In this document: one piece after another, positions 53,741 through 64,000 of the stretch | Numbering within the stretch: position 1 is the stretch's first letter | Layout: every line of letters starts with the position of its first letter | Assembly: GCF_000142905.1 (NCBI RefSeq) | Contig: NW_013657660.1 | Span: 210,056-274,055 of the forward strand | Length of the DNA: 64,000 nucleotides | From: Thecamonas trahens ATCC 50062 | Lineage: Eukaryota > Protista > Apusomonadida | Direction of reading: 5' to 3' | The notes under the pieces: generated by a model | Seen by the model: the letters and a program-made list of their open reading frames with translations, nothing else | Told to the model about the DNA's origin: nothing | Database searches by the model: none | Position numbers and translations under genes: made by a program

Positions 53741-56019
53741 ATGGCGTCTGACCTGCACACAGGCGCCAAGCCCGGCGGCCCTGACGACCGCCTACAGTGG
53801 TTCGACCTGACCGTCAAGGTACGCGCACAAACCGCCCCCTCCTCCTCCCTTCCCCCCTCCCCTCTGCAGCTGTTCAACAAGGGCGTGCCCAGTGGGCACC
53901 TCCGCGGCGGCCCGCGCAAGCCGGCCTCGTCTTTGGCGTCCCGCTCAACGAGCTGCTCGGCCGCGAGCGGGCGACCCTGCCGCGGATCATCACCTCGATC
54001 ATCGAGTGGCTGGAAGACACGCGTGGCATCGAGACCCGTGACATTTTCCGGGCTGAGCCTGGCTCGCAGGACGACGTCGACAGACTGATGACCCAGTTTG
54101 ACCTCGGCCGCCCGTTCGACTTTTCGACACACTGCTGGGACCCGCTGGTGGCGGCGCGGGTGCTCAAGAACTACATCCTGGCGCTGCCGGACCCGCTGGT
54201 CCCGACTGCTCTCTCACAAGCGTTGTGGGACTGTGTCGCCGAAGCCGACCGCGGCTACTCCGACGGACTGCCTGCGCTGCTCGGCAAGTGCCTCAAGACG
54301 CTCCCGTCGAGCTACAAGACCCTACTCTGCACCCTTCTCCTCTTCCTCCACCGGGTCTCTGAAGTGGCCGACGTCAACATCATGCACGCCACCGACCTCG
54401 GCCAGGTTTTCGGCCCGCTGCTCATGATGGGCCGCGACTCGCAGACCGCGCGTGTCGCCGAGGTGCTCATTGCCGACGCGCCTGCAGTGGTCGACGTTGT
54501 TACCGAGTCGGAGCTCCCGGCGCTGCTCGACGGCCATCCGCGGCTCAACGACATGCAGATGCTGTTCCAGGAAAAGTGGTCGCGCCGGATCCGCCGCGCG
54601 CTGCGCCGCGACGCACGCTCGCGCCGCGAGCGCAACCTCGTCCCGCGGCTCCGCACCAAGGTCGACTCGCTCACCCGCGAGCGCAACGAGCTGCGGTCGT
54701 CGCTCGACACCCTTGCACACGCCCGCCTGCACGACGTCGAGGATCTGGAGATGCAGGTCCACGCAGCATCGACCAAGCTCGCGGCTGCCAACGCCCGCAT
54801 TGCACGACTCGAGAACGAGCTCGCTACCCGCGCCGCCGCGCCTGCGCCCGAGGAACCGCCGCTGTCACCATCAGGTGGCGAGCACAGCGGTGCCGCCGGT
54901 GGCTCGGACGGTCATTCTGTGTTTTCCGGCTCGCCGAGCACTGGTGGCGGCGGCGGTCCGTCGTCCGGGCAGGCCGTTGCAGCCCGGGCAGCCCTCCTCT
55001 CACAGCTCGAGGCGGCTCGGCTCGGACTGGCATCGGCGCAGGCCGAGAACGAGCAGATCCGGCGAGAGCACGCGCTGTTGACGCGGGCCAAGCTTGACCT
55101 CTCACACGCCAACGAAAAACTCAAGGCCGAGCTGCAAGAGGTCAAGATTGCAAAGTCGACGCTCGCCCTCCAGCGCCGCCAGCTTGAGTTCCAGGTCACC
55201 AAGCTCAACCACATCGTCAAAGAGTCTGGCGGGCAGGCCATCTCGCTCGACATGCTCCTCGCCGCAGCGGCCAACGGCCACGGATCATCGGCACCGGACT
55301 CGCCGGCCGGCGCCGCCTCGCCGCGCGGTGCGCTGGTCGGTGCCCACGACACTGCAGGCCGCCTCCGCGTCGCATCGACCAAGGACGAAGAGCTCCGGGT
55401 CCTCCGCATCACCCTCTCCCAGGAGCAGACTGCGCACGCCAAGGCCCGCCAGCGAATCACCCTCCTCCATGACGAGATCAAGGCCATGTCGGCCCAGATC
55501 CTCTCGCTCCGCCGCAAGCTCGCCCGCGCCAAGCGGAGCTCACCAGCGCCGGTGCAGGCTGACCCTGCACCGTCGTCGCCACGCAACGGGCACTCTCCAC
55601 TGCCCACCTCCAAGACCCAGGACGAGCTCAACATCCGCCACTTGCAGGTCCTTCTCGACGAGGCCCGCGCCGACAACAACCGCCTTGCCAAGGTCTGCCT
55701 CGTCAACAACGACCGCATCCGCGACCTCGTCGCCCTCAACAAGAAGCTCAAGAAAAAGTGCGCCGCCCTCATCGCCGCCCTCCGCGAAGCCGAGGACGCC
55801 GCCGCCGCCACCGCCGCTGCAGACTCGGGCTCGGGCGACTCGCATCCCATCATGTCCCGTTCCAACTCGCACCACATGTCCCGCTCCAACTCGCGCCACC
55901 TGTCCCGTTCCAACTCGCGCGTCGTCTCGGAGGACGGCAACGGTAGTGCCGGTAGCGGATTTCTCTCGCCCTCGGCATCGGCCGCCGGCTCTGGTCCGTC
56001 CCACACGGTAGATGAATGA
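53741..56019 (+). CDS. RhoGAP-domain protein with long coiled coils (5' exon structure ambiguous)
   Basis: VFGVPLNELL..LPRII, DIFRAEPG (arginine finger), VAARVLKNYILALPDPLVP and NIMHATDLGQVFGPLLM. A GTACGC donor lies at 53819. Confidence 0.85.
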
Positions 56020-56138
56020 CGCCTGTGTTCCCTTGCGCTGTCGAACTCTGCCCGCCCGACAGGCTGCTGCCTCGCCCTACCCACTCACACACGCCCACAC
56101 CCGACTAGCACACACGCACGCACACACGCACACACATC

Positions 56139-56687
56139 ATGTCCGAAACGCCCGCTCCCACCCCGCTCCGCAAGGCTGTCGTCCTCGCCGACGACGGCTA
56201 CGAGGACCTCGAGCTCCACTACCCGCGGCTGCGGCTGGAGGAGGCCGGGTTCGACGTTGTCGTCGCCGCCCGCGAGGCCGGCCTCACTTCCAAGTCCAAG
56301 TTTGGCTACTGGGCCATCTCCAACGCCGCCTTTGCCGACGTCGATCCTTCCGACGTCGCCGTCCTGGTTGTTCCGGGCGGCCTGCTATGCCCGGATCGCC
56401 TCCGCCGCTATCCGGAAGCGCTCGGCCTGGTGGCCGGTGTGGCTGCTGCAGGCGGCGTCGTCGGTATGATCTGCCACGGTCCGTGGGTCGGCATCTCGGC
56501 CAAGATCCTCGACGGCGTCCGCGCCACCTGCTTCTCCGCCATTAAGGACGATGTCATCAACGCTGGCGCCACCTACGTTGCCGACGAGCGCGTCGTCGTC
56601 GACGCAGACGCCCGCATCGTCACCGCCCAGACGCCCAACGACCTGCCGGGCTTTATGCGCGGCATCCTCAGCCTCCTCGACGACTAA
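56139..56687 (+). CDS. PfpI/DJ-1 family protease/deglycase
   Basis: DGYEDLELHYPRLRLEEAG, LVVPGG..PDRLR, ICHGPWV, IKDDVINAGA and IVTAQTPNDLPGF. Confidence 0.92.
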   Translation: MSETPAPTPLRKAVVLADDGYEDLELHYPRLRLEEAGFDVVVAAREAGLTSKSKFGYWAISNAAFADVDPSDVAVLVVPGGLLCPDRLRRYPEALGLVAGVAAAGGVVGMICHGPWVGISAKILDGVRATCFSAIKDDVINAGATYVADERVVVDADARIVTAQTPNDLPGFMRGILSLLDD

Positions 56688-56783
56688 CGCCTGTGCCGTG
56701 TCACGGCTGCGGTTTGGTAGTACTGCACAACGGCCGGCAGTGGTGTAGAACTGTAAATGGCTTCATTGCAGGATAGCGTGCAT

Positions 56784-58727
56784 TTAGCTCGAGGTCGAGT
56801 ACGACGGATCGAAGCCGCCGAGCTCGGTGCTGGGCGCCTCGTCGTCTCCAGGACAGCTCGCCTGCGAACCCCAGTTGTGAGATGAGGCCGAGTCGTCCGC
56901 CGAGTGTGAGTAGTTGGGCGGCGGCGAGAGGCCAGCGGGCGAGTAGCCCGGCGGGGAGCCGTATTCTGCGACTGCAGCCGGCGCCACCGCCGCGGCGGTG
57001 AAGCCGCGGGTGTTGGATCGGTTGAACCGCTTGACGCCCATGATGAGGACGACGGCGCCGCCAGTCAGCACGACCGCGAGCACGATCTGGCCGTAGAGCA
57101 CCATGTTGACGCCACCAAGAAAGTCGGAACAGAGCGCGTTGTCGACTCGCGCCACGAGCTTGTCGATGAAGCCGCACTCGAGAATGACACCAGCCCTGTC
57201 GCGGATGCCGACGTAAGAGGTCCGGACGGCGATATGGCCCGCGAACGCCGCAGTCGAGTCCTTGCGATTCGAGTTCTCGCACACCGACGCACACTCGCTC
57301 CACGTCACAATGCCCGGCGAGCCAGAGTCGATGGTGACGTTGAGATGCGAAGCAACATTGTCGCCGGTGCACGGCGACGGGCATGGCCCGCACGTTGGAT
57401 CGGTACAAATTTGTGCAGCGCCGTCGCATGCCGCGTTGGTAGCTTGTGAGAGGCCGCTGTCGGCCTCGTCGGTGAGCGACTTGAACGCTTCGTTGGTCGA
57501 ACCACATCCGATGGCTTCACCGATGGTGTTCGACGGGTCGGAGCCGGTCCGGATGCTGACCTCGGTGCAGACGTCGCCAAAGAGAATCGAGAAGAGGACA
57601 TGGATAGCAATCGAGCCCCAGAGGAGGAACATAAACAGGAGCATGAGCATGGCAATGATAATCTGCGCCTGGCACATGGTGCAGCCTAGAATGCCGAGCC
57701 CGAGCCCGAGCCCGAGGAGTGCGAGCGGGACCGCAAAGCAGATGACCAGAAAGTAGAAGCGGTACTTGTCGAGCTCGGCGACGTACGCCCGACCGACGCT
57801 CTTGGCGTTTTTGAGCACATCTTGCGCCTCATCGAGCGCCGACCTGGTCGTCGTCGCTGCATCTTGCGTGTACGGCAGCTTGGCAAGCTCGTCAACGAGA
57901 GCCTGAACATCGGCCACAAGCTCCTCGCCAGTGACAATAACGCCATCGACAAGGCCGTCAATGCCCTTGCTCACGAGCGCGTTGCCGCCGAGAATGACCG
58001 AGCCGGAAATGACGGCAGCAGCCACAAAGCCGATGGCCACAAACTTAATGACCATCACCGTCTTGCGCGAGTACGTCTTGGGCGCCACAGCCCCGATGGT
58101 GGCGCCAGACTCGAGCGCCTTGACATGCTCGTCAGTGTGGGCCACGCGCTTGCCATCGACCCTCACCACGCCGTTGTTCGACTGGGTCACCACGCCTGTC
58201 GCCCGCTCGCGCGGGCCGCGACATATCCCGTAGCTCGGCTTGCGCCCGCCGCACACGTTACAGCAGCACCGGCAGCAGAGGAAGAACGGGATAAAGAGGA
58301 CAGTGAGCACGCCGACAATGAGCGGCATCGCCACCCGCTCGCCCACATACACTCCGTACTTGTCCCAATGGTACGTGTCCGTCTCTGCATCATATCCACC
58401 CAGCCGATCCGTCAACGTATCGCCCGTCACAAGTGTGCTACGCGAGCCGAGCAGTCGCCGCCCGCCTGCGCCCGCACCCCCACCGCCAGCCATTCCCAAG
58501 CCACCTGCCAACACCACCACCACCCACCCACCATCCACCACCCACCAACATCTCTGTGAGTCATAATTTCCCTTCCTTCCCCCCCTATCCCCCCTCTCCC
58601 CCCTCCCTCCTCCTCCACTCCTCCCCTCACTCCTCATACCAGGAAGCGGCAGTACGGCGTTGGCGAGGACATTGACAACGAGGGCAGCCAGGACAATGGC
58701 CATGGACAGGCATCGAGTCCGTGCCAT
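56784..58727 (-). CDS. Tweety/prominin-like 5-TM membrane protein (probable intron 58639-58505)
   Basis: Signal peptide, TM1 followed by CCRCCCNVCGG, TM2 plus GNALVSKGI, helical ectodomain, DKYRFY before TM3, GDVC after TM4, a Cys-rich loop, LCSDFLGG before TM5, and PPxY motifs in the tail. Confidence 0.65.
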   Translation of the reverse strand: MARTRCLSMAIVLAALVVNVLANAVLPLPGMRSEGRSGGGGRGERGDRGGRKGNYDSQRCWWVVDGGWVVVVLAGGLGMAGGGGAGAGGRRLLGSRSTLVTGDTLTDRLGGYDAETDTYHWDKYGVYVGERVAMPLIVGVLTVLFIPFFLCCRCCCNVCGGRKPSYGICRGPRERATGVVTQSNNGVVRVDGKRVAHTDEHVKALESGATIGAVAPKTYSRKTVMVIKFVAIGFVAAAVISGSVILGGNALVSKGIDGLVDGVIVTGEELVADVQALVDELAKLPYTQDAATTTRSALDEAQDVLKNAKSVGRAYVAELDKYRFYFLVICFAVPLALLGLGLGLGILGCTMCQAQIIIAMLMLLFMFLLWGSIAIHVLFSILFGDVCTEVSIRTGSDPSNTIGEAIGCGSTNEAFKSLTDEADSGLSQATNAACDGAAQICTDPTCGPCPSPCTGDNVASHLNVTIDSGSPGIVTWSECASVCENSNRKDSTAAFAGHIAVRTSYVGIRDRAGVILECGFIDKLVARVDNALCSDFLGGVNMVLYGQIVLAVVLTGGAVVLIMGVKRFNRSNTRGFTAAAVAPAAVAEYGSPPGYSPAGLSPPPNYSHSADDSASSHNWGSQASCPGDDEAPSTELGGFDPSYSTSS

Positions 58728-59400
58728 ACCGACTCGTGCAAGAGTCAAGAGTGTGTATCGCAACGGTGTCCAAGGCTGTGGGAGGTAAGAGGTGCTATGC
58801 CACAAGAGTTGTGTGTGTGTTGATGCGAGGGGATGCGGGTCCGTGTAGGCATGTATGTGCTCGTGTGCGTGGTTGGCACTTGGAACAGTATGAAGAGAGG
58901 ATAAAAAAACAGCCCTTGGCTGGGAGAACAGGGTTCCGACATGGTTCCACTCATTGCCAGTGCTCAACCGTGACACACGTCCAACTCTTGGGTAACTCAG
59001 ATGGGTCTTTGCCGGGTCAGTGCACCGGTGGGATCCCCCCCCCCCCCCACCCCACCCCCCAAAAAAAGAATAAAGAACACCCTCCCTCCCCACCCTCTCC
59101 CTATCAAACTGTCTTGCGAATGGACTGAGCCTGTGGGACGCTCGCCCGTTTCGCTGGTGGTCCAGCCCTTGTCAAGTCTGCCGTTCCTCCAGACACACAC
59201 GCACACACACCCTCTCACGCGTACACACTGCTCCCCATCCCACCCCCCACCCCCACCCCCACAGCCCTCACCCCAGTCAACCGTCGTCTGTCCTCTCCGC
59301 CCACTCCTGGCATTTGCCTCACTCATCCAAGACCAACCCGGGTGCAGAAGACCGACGACGAGCCGCACCAAACGTACCGCACGGGTAACAGCGAGAGGAT

Positions 59401-60297
59401 ATGGGCTGCTCGCCGAGCCGCGGACGGCAGCGGTCGCTGATGTCGTCGTCCGAGACGGTCGAGTGCTTCCACTCGCATCTGCGCGGGCGTCGCGACACGA
59501 TGGAGGACCGATTTGTTGTCAACGGGCGGCTCCACGAGACGTATCCGTTCCTCAAGCGATGGCTGCCCGGCGGCGCCGGCTCGCGGCGACGATGGGGCGC
59601 GTTTGCGGTCTTTGATGGCCATGGAGGGTCGGAGATCTCCGAGCTCTGCGCCAAGCGACTTCTCCCCAACATCCTCACCGAGTCTTTTGTGGACGACGTC
59701 GACCAGGCGATGGAGAACGGGTTCCTCGCCACCGACCAGGAGGCGCTCGAGTTCTCGCGCAACAACTCGGCGACATCGGGCGCGGCGGTCGTTGTCGTCT
59801 TTGTTCTCGGCTCCATGCTCTTTGTTGGCCACTGTGGCGACGCGCTGGCTGTGCTCTCGCGCGACGGCTCGGCCGTCCTCCTCACCGAGCCGCACACGCT
59901 GGCCAACGATACCGAGGCGCTGCGGGTCAAGCGCGACGGCAACTACCCAGGCGGCCAGCGCCTGGTCCACCCGATCGTCGACACCATGAGCCTCGGCCTC
60001 ACCCGTGCCATCGGCGACGTCTCGTGGAAGGATCCCGAGCTGACCTCGGCCCAGCCGACAGGCCTCATCGCCACGCCGCAGACCCGACAGGAGGTCATCT
60101 ACGATTCGGTCGACGAGTTTATTCTGGTCGCCTGCGATGGCCTGTGGGACGTGTTCTCTCCGCAAGAAGCCGTCACCGCCGTCAAAGACAGGCTCCAGCA
60201 GGGCTTGCGCCCGCAGGAAGTCGTCGACGACCTCGTCACTGAGGCACTCCGGCTCGGCTCCACCGACAACATCACTCTCATCATGGTCATGCTCTGA
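59401..60297 (+). CDS. PP2C/PPM family protein phosphatase with an N-terminal MGC acylation motif
   Basis: GRRDTMED, FAVFDGHGG, HCGDA, LGLTRAIGD, FILVACDGLWDV and GSTDNIT. Confidence 0.92.
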   Translation: MGCSPSRGRQRSLMSSSETVECFHSHLRGRRDTMEDRFVVNGRLHETYPFLKRWLPGGAGSRRRWGAFAVFDGHGGSEISELCAKRLLPNILTESFVDDVDQAMENGFLATDQEALEFSRNNSATSGAAVVVVFVLGSMLFVGHCGDALAVLSRDGSAVLLTEPHTLANDTEALRVKRDGNYPGGQRLVHPIVDTMSLGLTRAIGDVSWKDPELTSAQPTGLIATPQTRQEVIYDSVDEFILVACDGLWDVFSPQEAVTAVKDRLQQGLRPQEVVDDLVTEALRLGSTDNITLIMVML

Positions 60298-60369
60298 CCT
60301 GCCCGGCCACGCCCTTTCGCGCCTGAGTCGCCCTGCGCGCCATCCGCGGCGGCAGCCAGTTGATCAGAG

Positions 60370-61174
60370 CTATCCGTTGCGCCACTGGTGGCCGCACTCG
60401 GAGCACTTGTAGAACTCGGTCATTGGCTCGTCTGCAGACCGAATCTGGATCGTCATAAAGTACGCCTGGTTGTTGTCGCACTTTTCACAGTCGACTGTTG
60501 TCGTGCCCCAGTGCCACCACACCCAGCCCCATCAGCCACACCATCACCAACAACCCATGAGTCTCCGCGACACACACATACGCACGCACACACACATACG
60601 CACACACACCACACACCACCACACCACCACACCACAAACACCCTAGTCAACTACCCATCGCCATTCCATCGCCATCCCATCACCCCAGATCCACCTTCCC
60701 CCCCCCCCTCCTCGTCCATGATCCCNNNNNNNNNNNNNNNNNNNNNNNNNNNNNNNNNNNNNNNNNNNNNNNNNNNNNNNNNNNNNNNNNNNNNNNNNNN
60801 NNNNNNNNNNNNNNNNNNNNNNNNNCCCCCCCTCCCCCTCCGTCCCACTGACTCCCGTCGGTCCCACCCCCCCCCACCCCACCACACACACCCCCTCCCC
60901 CCCACCCCCCACCCCTTTTCCGCCCCCTCCTCCTTCTGTCTAACAGGTAGCACGTACCCTGGGTGGTGCCAACGTTCTCCCAGGCCGAGTCGCCCAGGAC
61001 GTCGTCGACTTCCTTGTGAGTCAGCTCGATGGCTTCGGTGTAGCGACGGACGCAATGGTACACATACGTGCACGTCCTGCACACAAACACCGTGTTGGTT
61101 GCGTGTGCCATCCCGCCGTCATGCACACCGTCCTCGGCTACAAGCATGTTGGCGCATGTCGGGCAGAACAACAT
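60370..61174 (-). CDS. POLR3K: RNA polymerase III subunit C11 (exons 61174-60958 and 60494-60370)
   Basis: MLFCPTCANML..FVCRTCTY..KEVDDVLG..AWENV joins VDCEKCDNNQAYFMTIQIRSADEPMTEFYKCSECGHQW. The GTACGT...CAG intron spans a gap. Confidence 0.93.
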
Positions 61175-61266
61175 CTCACTCCGCCCGATCAGCGTCAAGT
61201 GTCACTCTGCCCACCGACTGGCTGCTGCCTCACACGACTTGGCCGGCCTTTACCCTGTGCCTCCCA

Positions 61267-62025
61267 TCAATCGTCGGACTTGGGCTTCTTGTACACCATC
61301 TCGGACTTGCCCTCGCGCATGGCGACGACGCGAGCGGCCTGAAACAGGTAGTCGGAGAGGCGGTTGATGTAGACACCGACGTTGGGCTCGCACTCGCCGG
61401 CGCGGATGAGCGGGACGACGTGCCGCTCGGCCCGGCGGGCGACGGCGCGGGCGAGATGCAGAAACGAAGCTGACATGCCACCCGACGGGAGGATAAAGTT
61501 GCGTAGCTGCGGGAGCTGGTCGTCCATGGCATCGATCCAGGCCTCGAGCTGCTCAGCGTGCGTCTCGCCAAACGACGTCCGCCGCAGCCGCGCCTCGTTG
61601 GCCGACCGCGCCGGAGTGGCAATGTTCGACCCGATGTCGATGAGCCGCGACTGGATCTCAATGATCTGCTGCGAGAGCTCGATGGCCATACCGTACTCGG
61701 CCTCGCGTGCACACGACAGAACAGCAGACAGCTCGTCCACCGCACCAAGCGCCTTGAACACCGGATCATCCTTGGCCCGCCGCTCGCCGGTAAACAGCGA
61801 CGATTTGCCCTTGTCCCCCGTCTTGGTGTAGACCTTGATCCGCGGCCGGCCGCTCCCGCCCTCGCCCTCGCCCTCGCCCTCTTCCTGCTCCGCTCCTCCC
61901 GTCGTCGCCACCCACCGCCGCCCCGCGCTACTGGCCACGCCAATGCAGCTGCTGCCACTCGCGCCCGCAGCGCCCACACCCACCACGCCCCCACGTTGCA
62001 CCAAGCGCATCGCAGCCCGCAGCAT
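61267..62025 (-). CDS. MMAB: Mitochondrial ATP:cob(I)alamin adenosyltransferase
   Basis: KVYTKTGDKGKSSLFTGERRAKD, GAVDELS, LRNFILPSGG, LHLARAVARRAER and YINRLSDYLF, with a transit-like N-terminus. Confidence 0.92.
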   Translation of the reverse strand: MLRAAMRLVQRGGVVGVGAAGASGSSCIGVASSAGRRWVATTGGAEQEEGEGEGEGGSGRPRIKVYTKTGDKGKSSLFTGERRAKDDPVFKALGAVDELSAVLSCAREAEYGMAIELSQQIIEIQSRLIDIGSNIATPARSANEARLRRTSFGETHAEQLEAWIDAMDDQLPQLRNFILPSGGMSASFLHLARAVARRAERHVVPLIRAGECEPNVGVYINRLSDYLFQAARVVAMREGKSEMVYKKPKSDD

Positions 62026-62283
62026 CCTTCCGGTCTCACGAGTTGAGTGTTGCCACTCCACCAATCGCGCTGCCCAGTGGCCAACAGAGGCAACGCAGCA
62101 CGCCCCATTCGCCCCCCCTCCCCTCCCACACCCACCCACCAACCTCATCCGCCGCCATCATCCATCATCATCATCATCCGCCACCATCATCATCCCCCTT
62201 CCCTCCCCCTTCCTCCCCCCCCCTTTCCCCTCCCCGATCACCCTCCCTTTCCCACACACCCCTCTCTCCCCACCTCGTCCACC

Positions 62284-62801
62284 ATGTCCTTCCCGGCGAC
62301 CCTCAATGTGGCCAACGAGTACGAGCGCCAGCAGGTGGAGGCCATCATGCAGCAGAAGACCGTCCGCGACTACATGACCGTCTACAACAAGCTGGTGGAG
62401 AAGTGCTTCTCAGACTGCGTCAACTCTTTCTCGTACGCCTTGCCCTTCCCCCCCTCCCCTCTTCCCCCTTCCCCACCCTCCATCGCCACCCCCACCACCA
62501 ACCCCTCCCCGCTCACCTCCCATCCCACCAACTCACCACCGTCCCCCCCCCCTCCCGCCATCCCTACCCACACCCACACCCACACCCACAACCGTTCCTC
62601 CCTCCCTTCCTCCCTTCCTCCCTCCCGCACAGCTCCCGCAAGCTTACCGGCAAGGAGACCTCGTGCGTCAACACATGCTGCGACAAGTTCCTCATGGGCG
62701 TCTCCCGCATGAACCAGCGCTTTGTCGAGCAGAACATCCTCATGCAGGAGAAGAAGGCCGAGGCCCTCAAGGCTGCAAGGTCCGGCGATGACTCCGAGTA
62801 A
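62284..62801 (+). CDS. TIM9: Mitochondrial small Tim chaperone Tim9 (intron 62433-62632)
   Basis: YNKLVEKCFSDCVNSFS joins SRKLTGKETSCVNTCCDKFL..RMNQRFVEQN, giving the twin CX3C motif. Confidence 0.92.
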
Positions 62802-63037
62802 TCGCTGTCTCTCGTACTGCTGCTTCCTCTTTCAGCAGGCGTGCGGCTGCTGCTGCGCTGCCGCTCTCTCATCGCTCGCGCACCCACATCGCCGCTACCT
62901 TGCCTGCCGCGTCACCCCCCCCCCCACCCCTCGCTCCCTCGTGCGCGCACGCTCATGCTGCTCAACTGTCAAGCACAGCAGCTTGCGCTCTCTCTTCTAC
63001 CCACATCAGTGAACAATGCTCTTCAAGATTCCGGCGG

Positions 63038-64000
63038 CTACGGCTCGCTCGCCGACCCAGCCTCCAGTGGCGCGTCGACAATCTTGCCCTTGACCTTGCG
63101 CTGCCGTCGATGCGAGCTCATTGTCGTCCACACCGAGCCTGCGAGAAGGATCGGCCCACCGACAAAGGTCCACAAGCCCGGAACCGACGACTCGCCCACC
63201 ACCAGCCCGATGAGCGTGCCAACCAGCGGCTCGGTCATGAGCGTGACCGAGACCACCAGCGACGGCAGGTGGCGCAGAACCCAGTTGATGAATGTGTGAC
63301 CCATGATGCCCGGGACGACGCCCACGTAGATGACATACCACACGTCCGGTGATGTCCACGTCCACGCAAACAGCCCCCAGCCGCCCGCAGAGCTCACGGT
63401 ATCGTACTCGGCCACCGCCGCCGCAAGACTCAGCACCACCGCCGCCAGCGCCGTCACCGGAAACACATACACAAACAGCGGCAGCTGCTGCCTCACCGCA
63501 AAGCCGACTACAAGGTACACAATCATGGCCACCCCTCCCAGAAATGCGTACACATCGCCGAGCAGCGTCACCTCGGCATCCGCAGAAATGTCCAGCGAGA
63601 CAATCGCAAGGCCGGCAAAGCCGACTACCGTCCCCAGCGACTCGCCCCATGAGATTGCAAGGTCCGGTCGGATCCGCGCCAGCTTGAGCGCCCACATCCC
63701 GCTCACCATCACAATAGAATGCGTCGTCACAAGCAGCAGCGAGTGGGTCAGCGACGTCTTGTCCAACGACATAATCCAGAGCCCAAAGTGCGCAGCTAGC
63801 GCAACGCCCGATGCCCCAATCCGCCACGCCAGCCACCGCGATCCGAGCTTGCTCATCCACCCCGCACGGCGTCCGGCCCACAGCTGCCAAGCAAAGCCCG
63901 GCAACTGCAGTGCTGCCGTCATCTGCATCCGGGACGACGCCTTGGCCAGCGGTGAAATATTGATCTTGCGCAGCACCGCGCCCGCAGACGAGACAGAGAC
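63038..64000 (-). CDS. EamA/DMT-family transporter (5' end outside the window)
   Basis: About 10 hydrophobic helices; HFGLWIMSLDKTSLTHSLLL, LLGDVYA and GHTFINWVLRHL..VVSVTLMTEPLVG. Confidence 0.85.
   Translation of the reverse strand, partial: VSVSSAGAVLRKINISPLAKASSRMQMTAALQLPGFAWQLWAGRRAGWMSKLGSRWLAWRIGASGVALAAHFGLWIMSLDKTSLTHSLLLVTTHSIVMVSGMWALKLARIRPDLAISWGESLGTVVGFAGLAIVSLDISADAEVTLLGDVYAFLGGVAMIVYLVVGFAVRQQLPLFVYVFPVTALAAVVLSLAAAVAEYDTVSSAGGWGLFAWTWTSPDVWYVIYVGVVPGIMGHTFINWVLRHLPSLVVSVTLMTEPLVGTLIGLVVGESSVPGLWTFVGGPILLAGSVWTTMSSHRRQRKVKGKIVDAPLEAGSASEP

Noticed and set aside
53537-54088. bZIP-RhoGAP fusion across the gap
   Set aside because: The 100-N gap has unknown size and frame, so continuity cannot be supported.
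1-64000. tRNA/rRNA genes, transposons, telomeric repeats and the many long antisense ORFs
   Set aside because: No recognisable RNA-gene, transposase/RT or telomere motif was seen by eye; tRNAscan-SE and Infernal would be needed to exclude small RNAs. The antisense ORFs are expected from GC-rich codon bias.

Overview
Gene-dense, GC-rich eukaryotic nuclear DNA from a flagellated protist. An apusomonad such as Thecamonas trahens is my best guess, but that is inference from composition, intron style, N-gaps and gene content, not a search result. There are about 34 protein-coding genes, short GT-AG introns rich in G-runs or C-runs, very short intergenic spacers and five assembly gaps. I saw no rRNA, tRNA, CRISPR array or transposon. 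Recognisable genes include UAP1, GTF3C2-like, ACADM, COPS4, an Akr1/ZDHHC17-like enzyme, USP47/40-like, tpx, DDX27/DRS1, DYRK2/4-like, symplekin, XRCC4, RMI1, choline/ethanolamine kinase, a Kir channel, TrmH, CDC7, a Cdc25/Acr2-type rhodanese, a GT77/RRA-like protein, an ATF6/CREB3-like bZIP, a RhoGAP, PfpI, a Tweety/prominin-like protein, PP2C, POLR3K, MMAB, TIM9 and an EamA transporter. The most unusual items are: (1) a STE11-type MAP3K fused to a response-regulator receiver domain; (2) a degenerate vault-PARP (PARP4)-like protein fused in one ORF to an R-SNARE motif and a multipass membrane tail; (3) a PG-rich (SHIPPO/ODF3-type) protein with 45 repeat motifs and a hidden 3-/6-unit super-periodicity; (4) a CatSper-epsilon/delta-like auxiliary subunit; and (5) several enzymes or channels with substituted catalytic or filter motifs.
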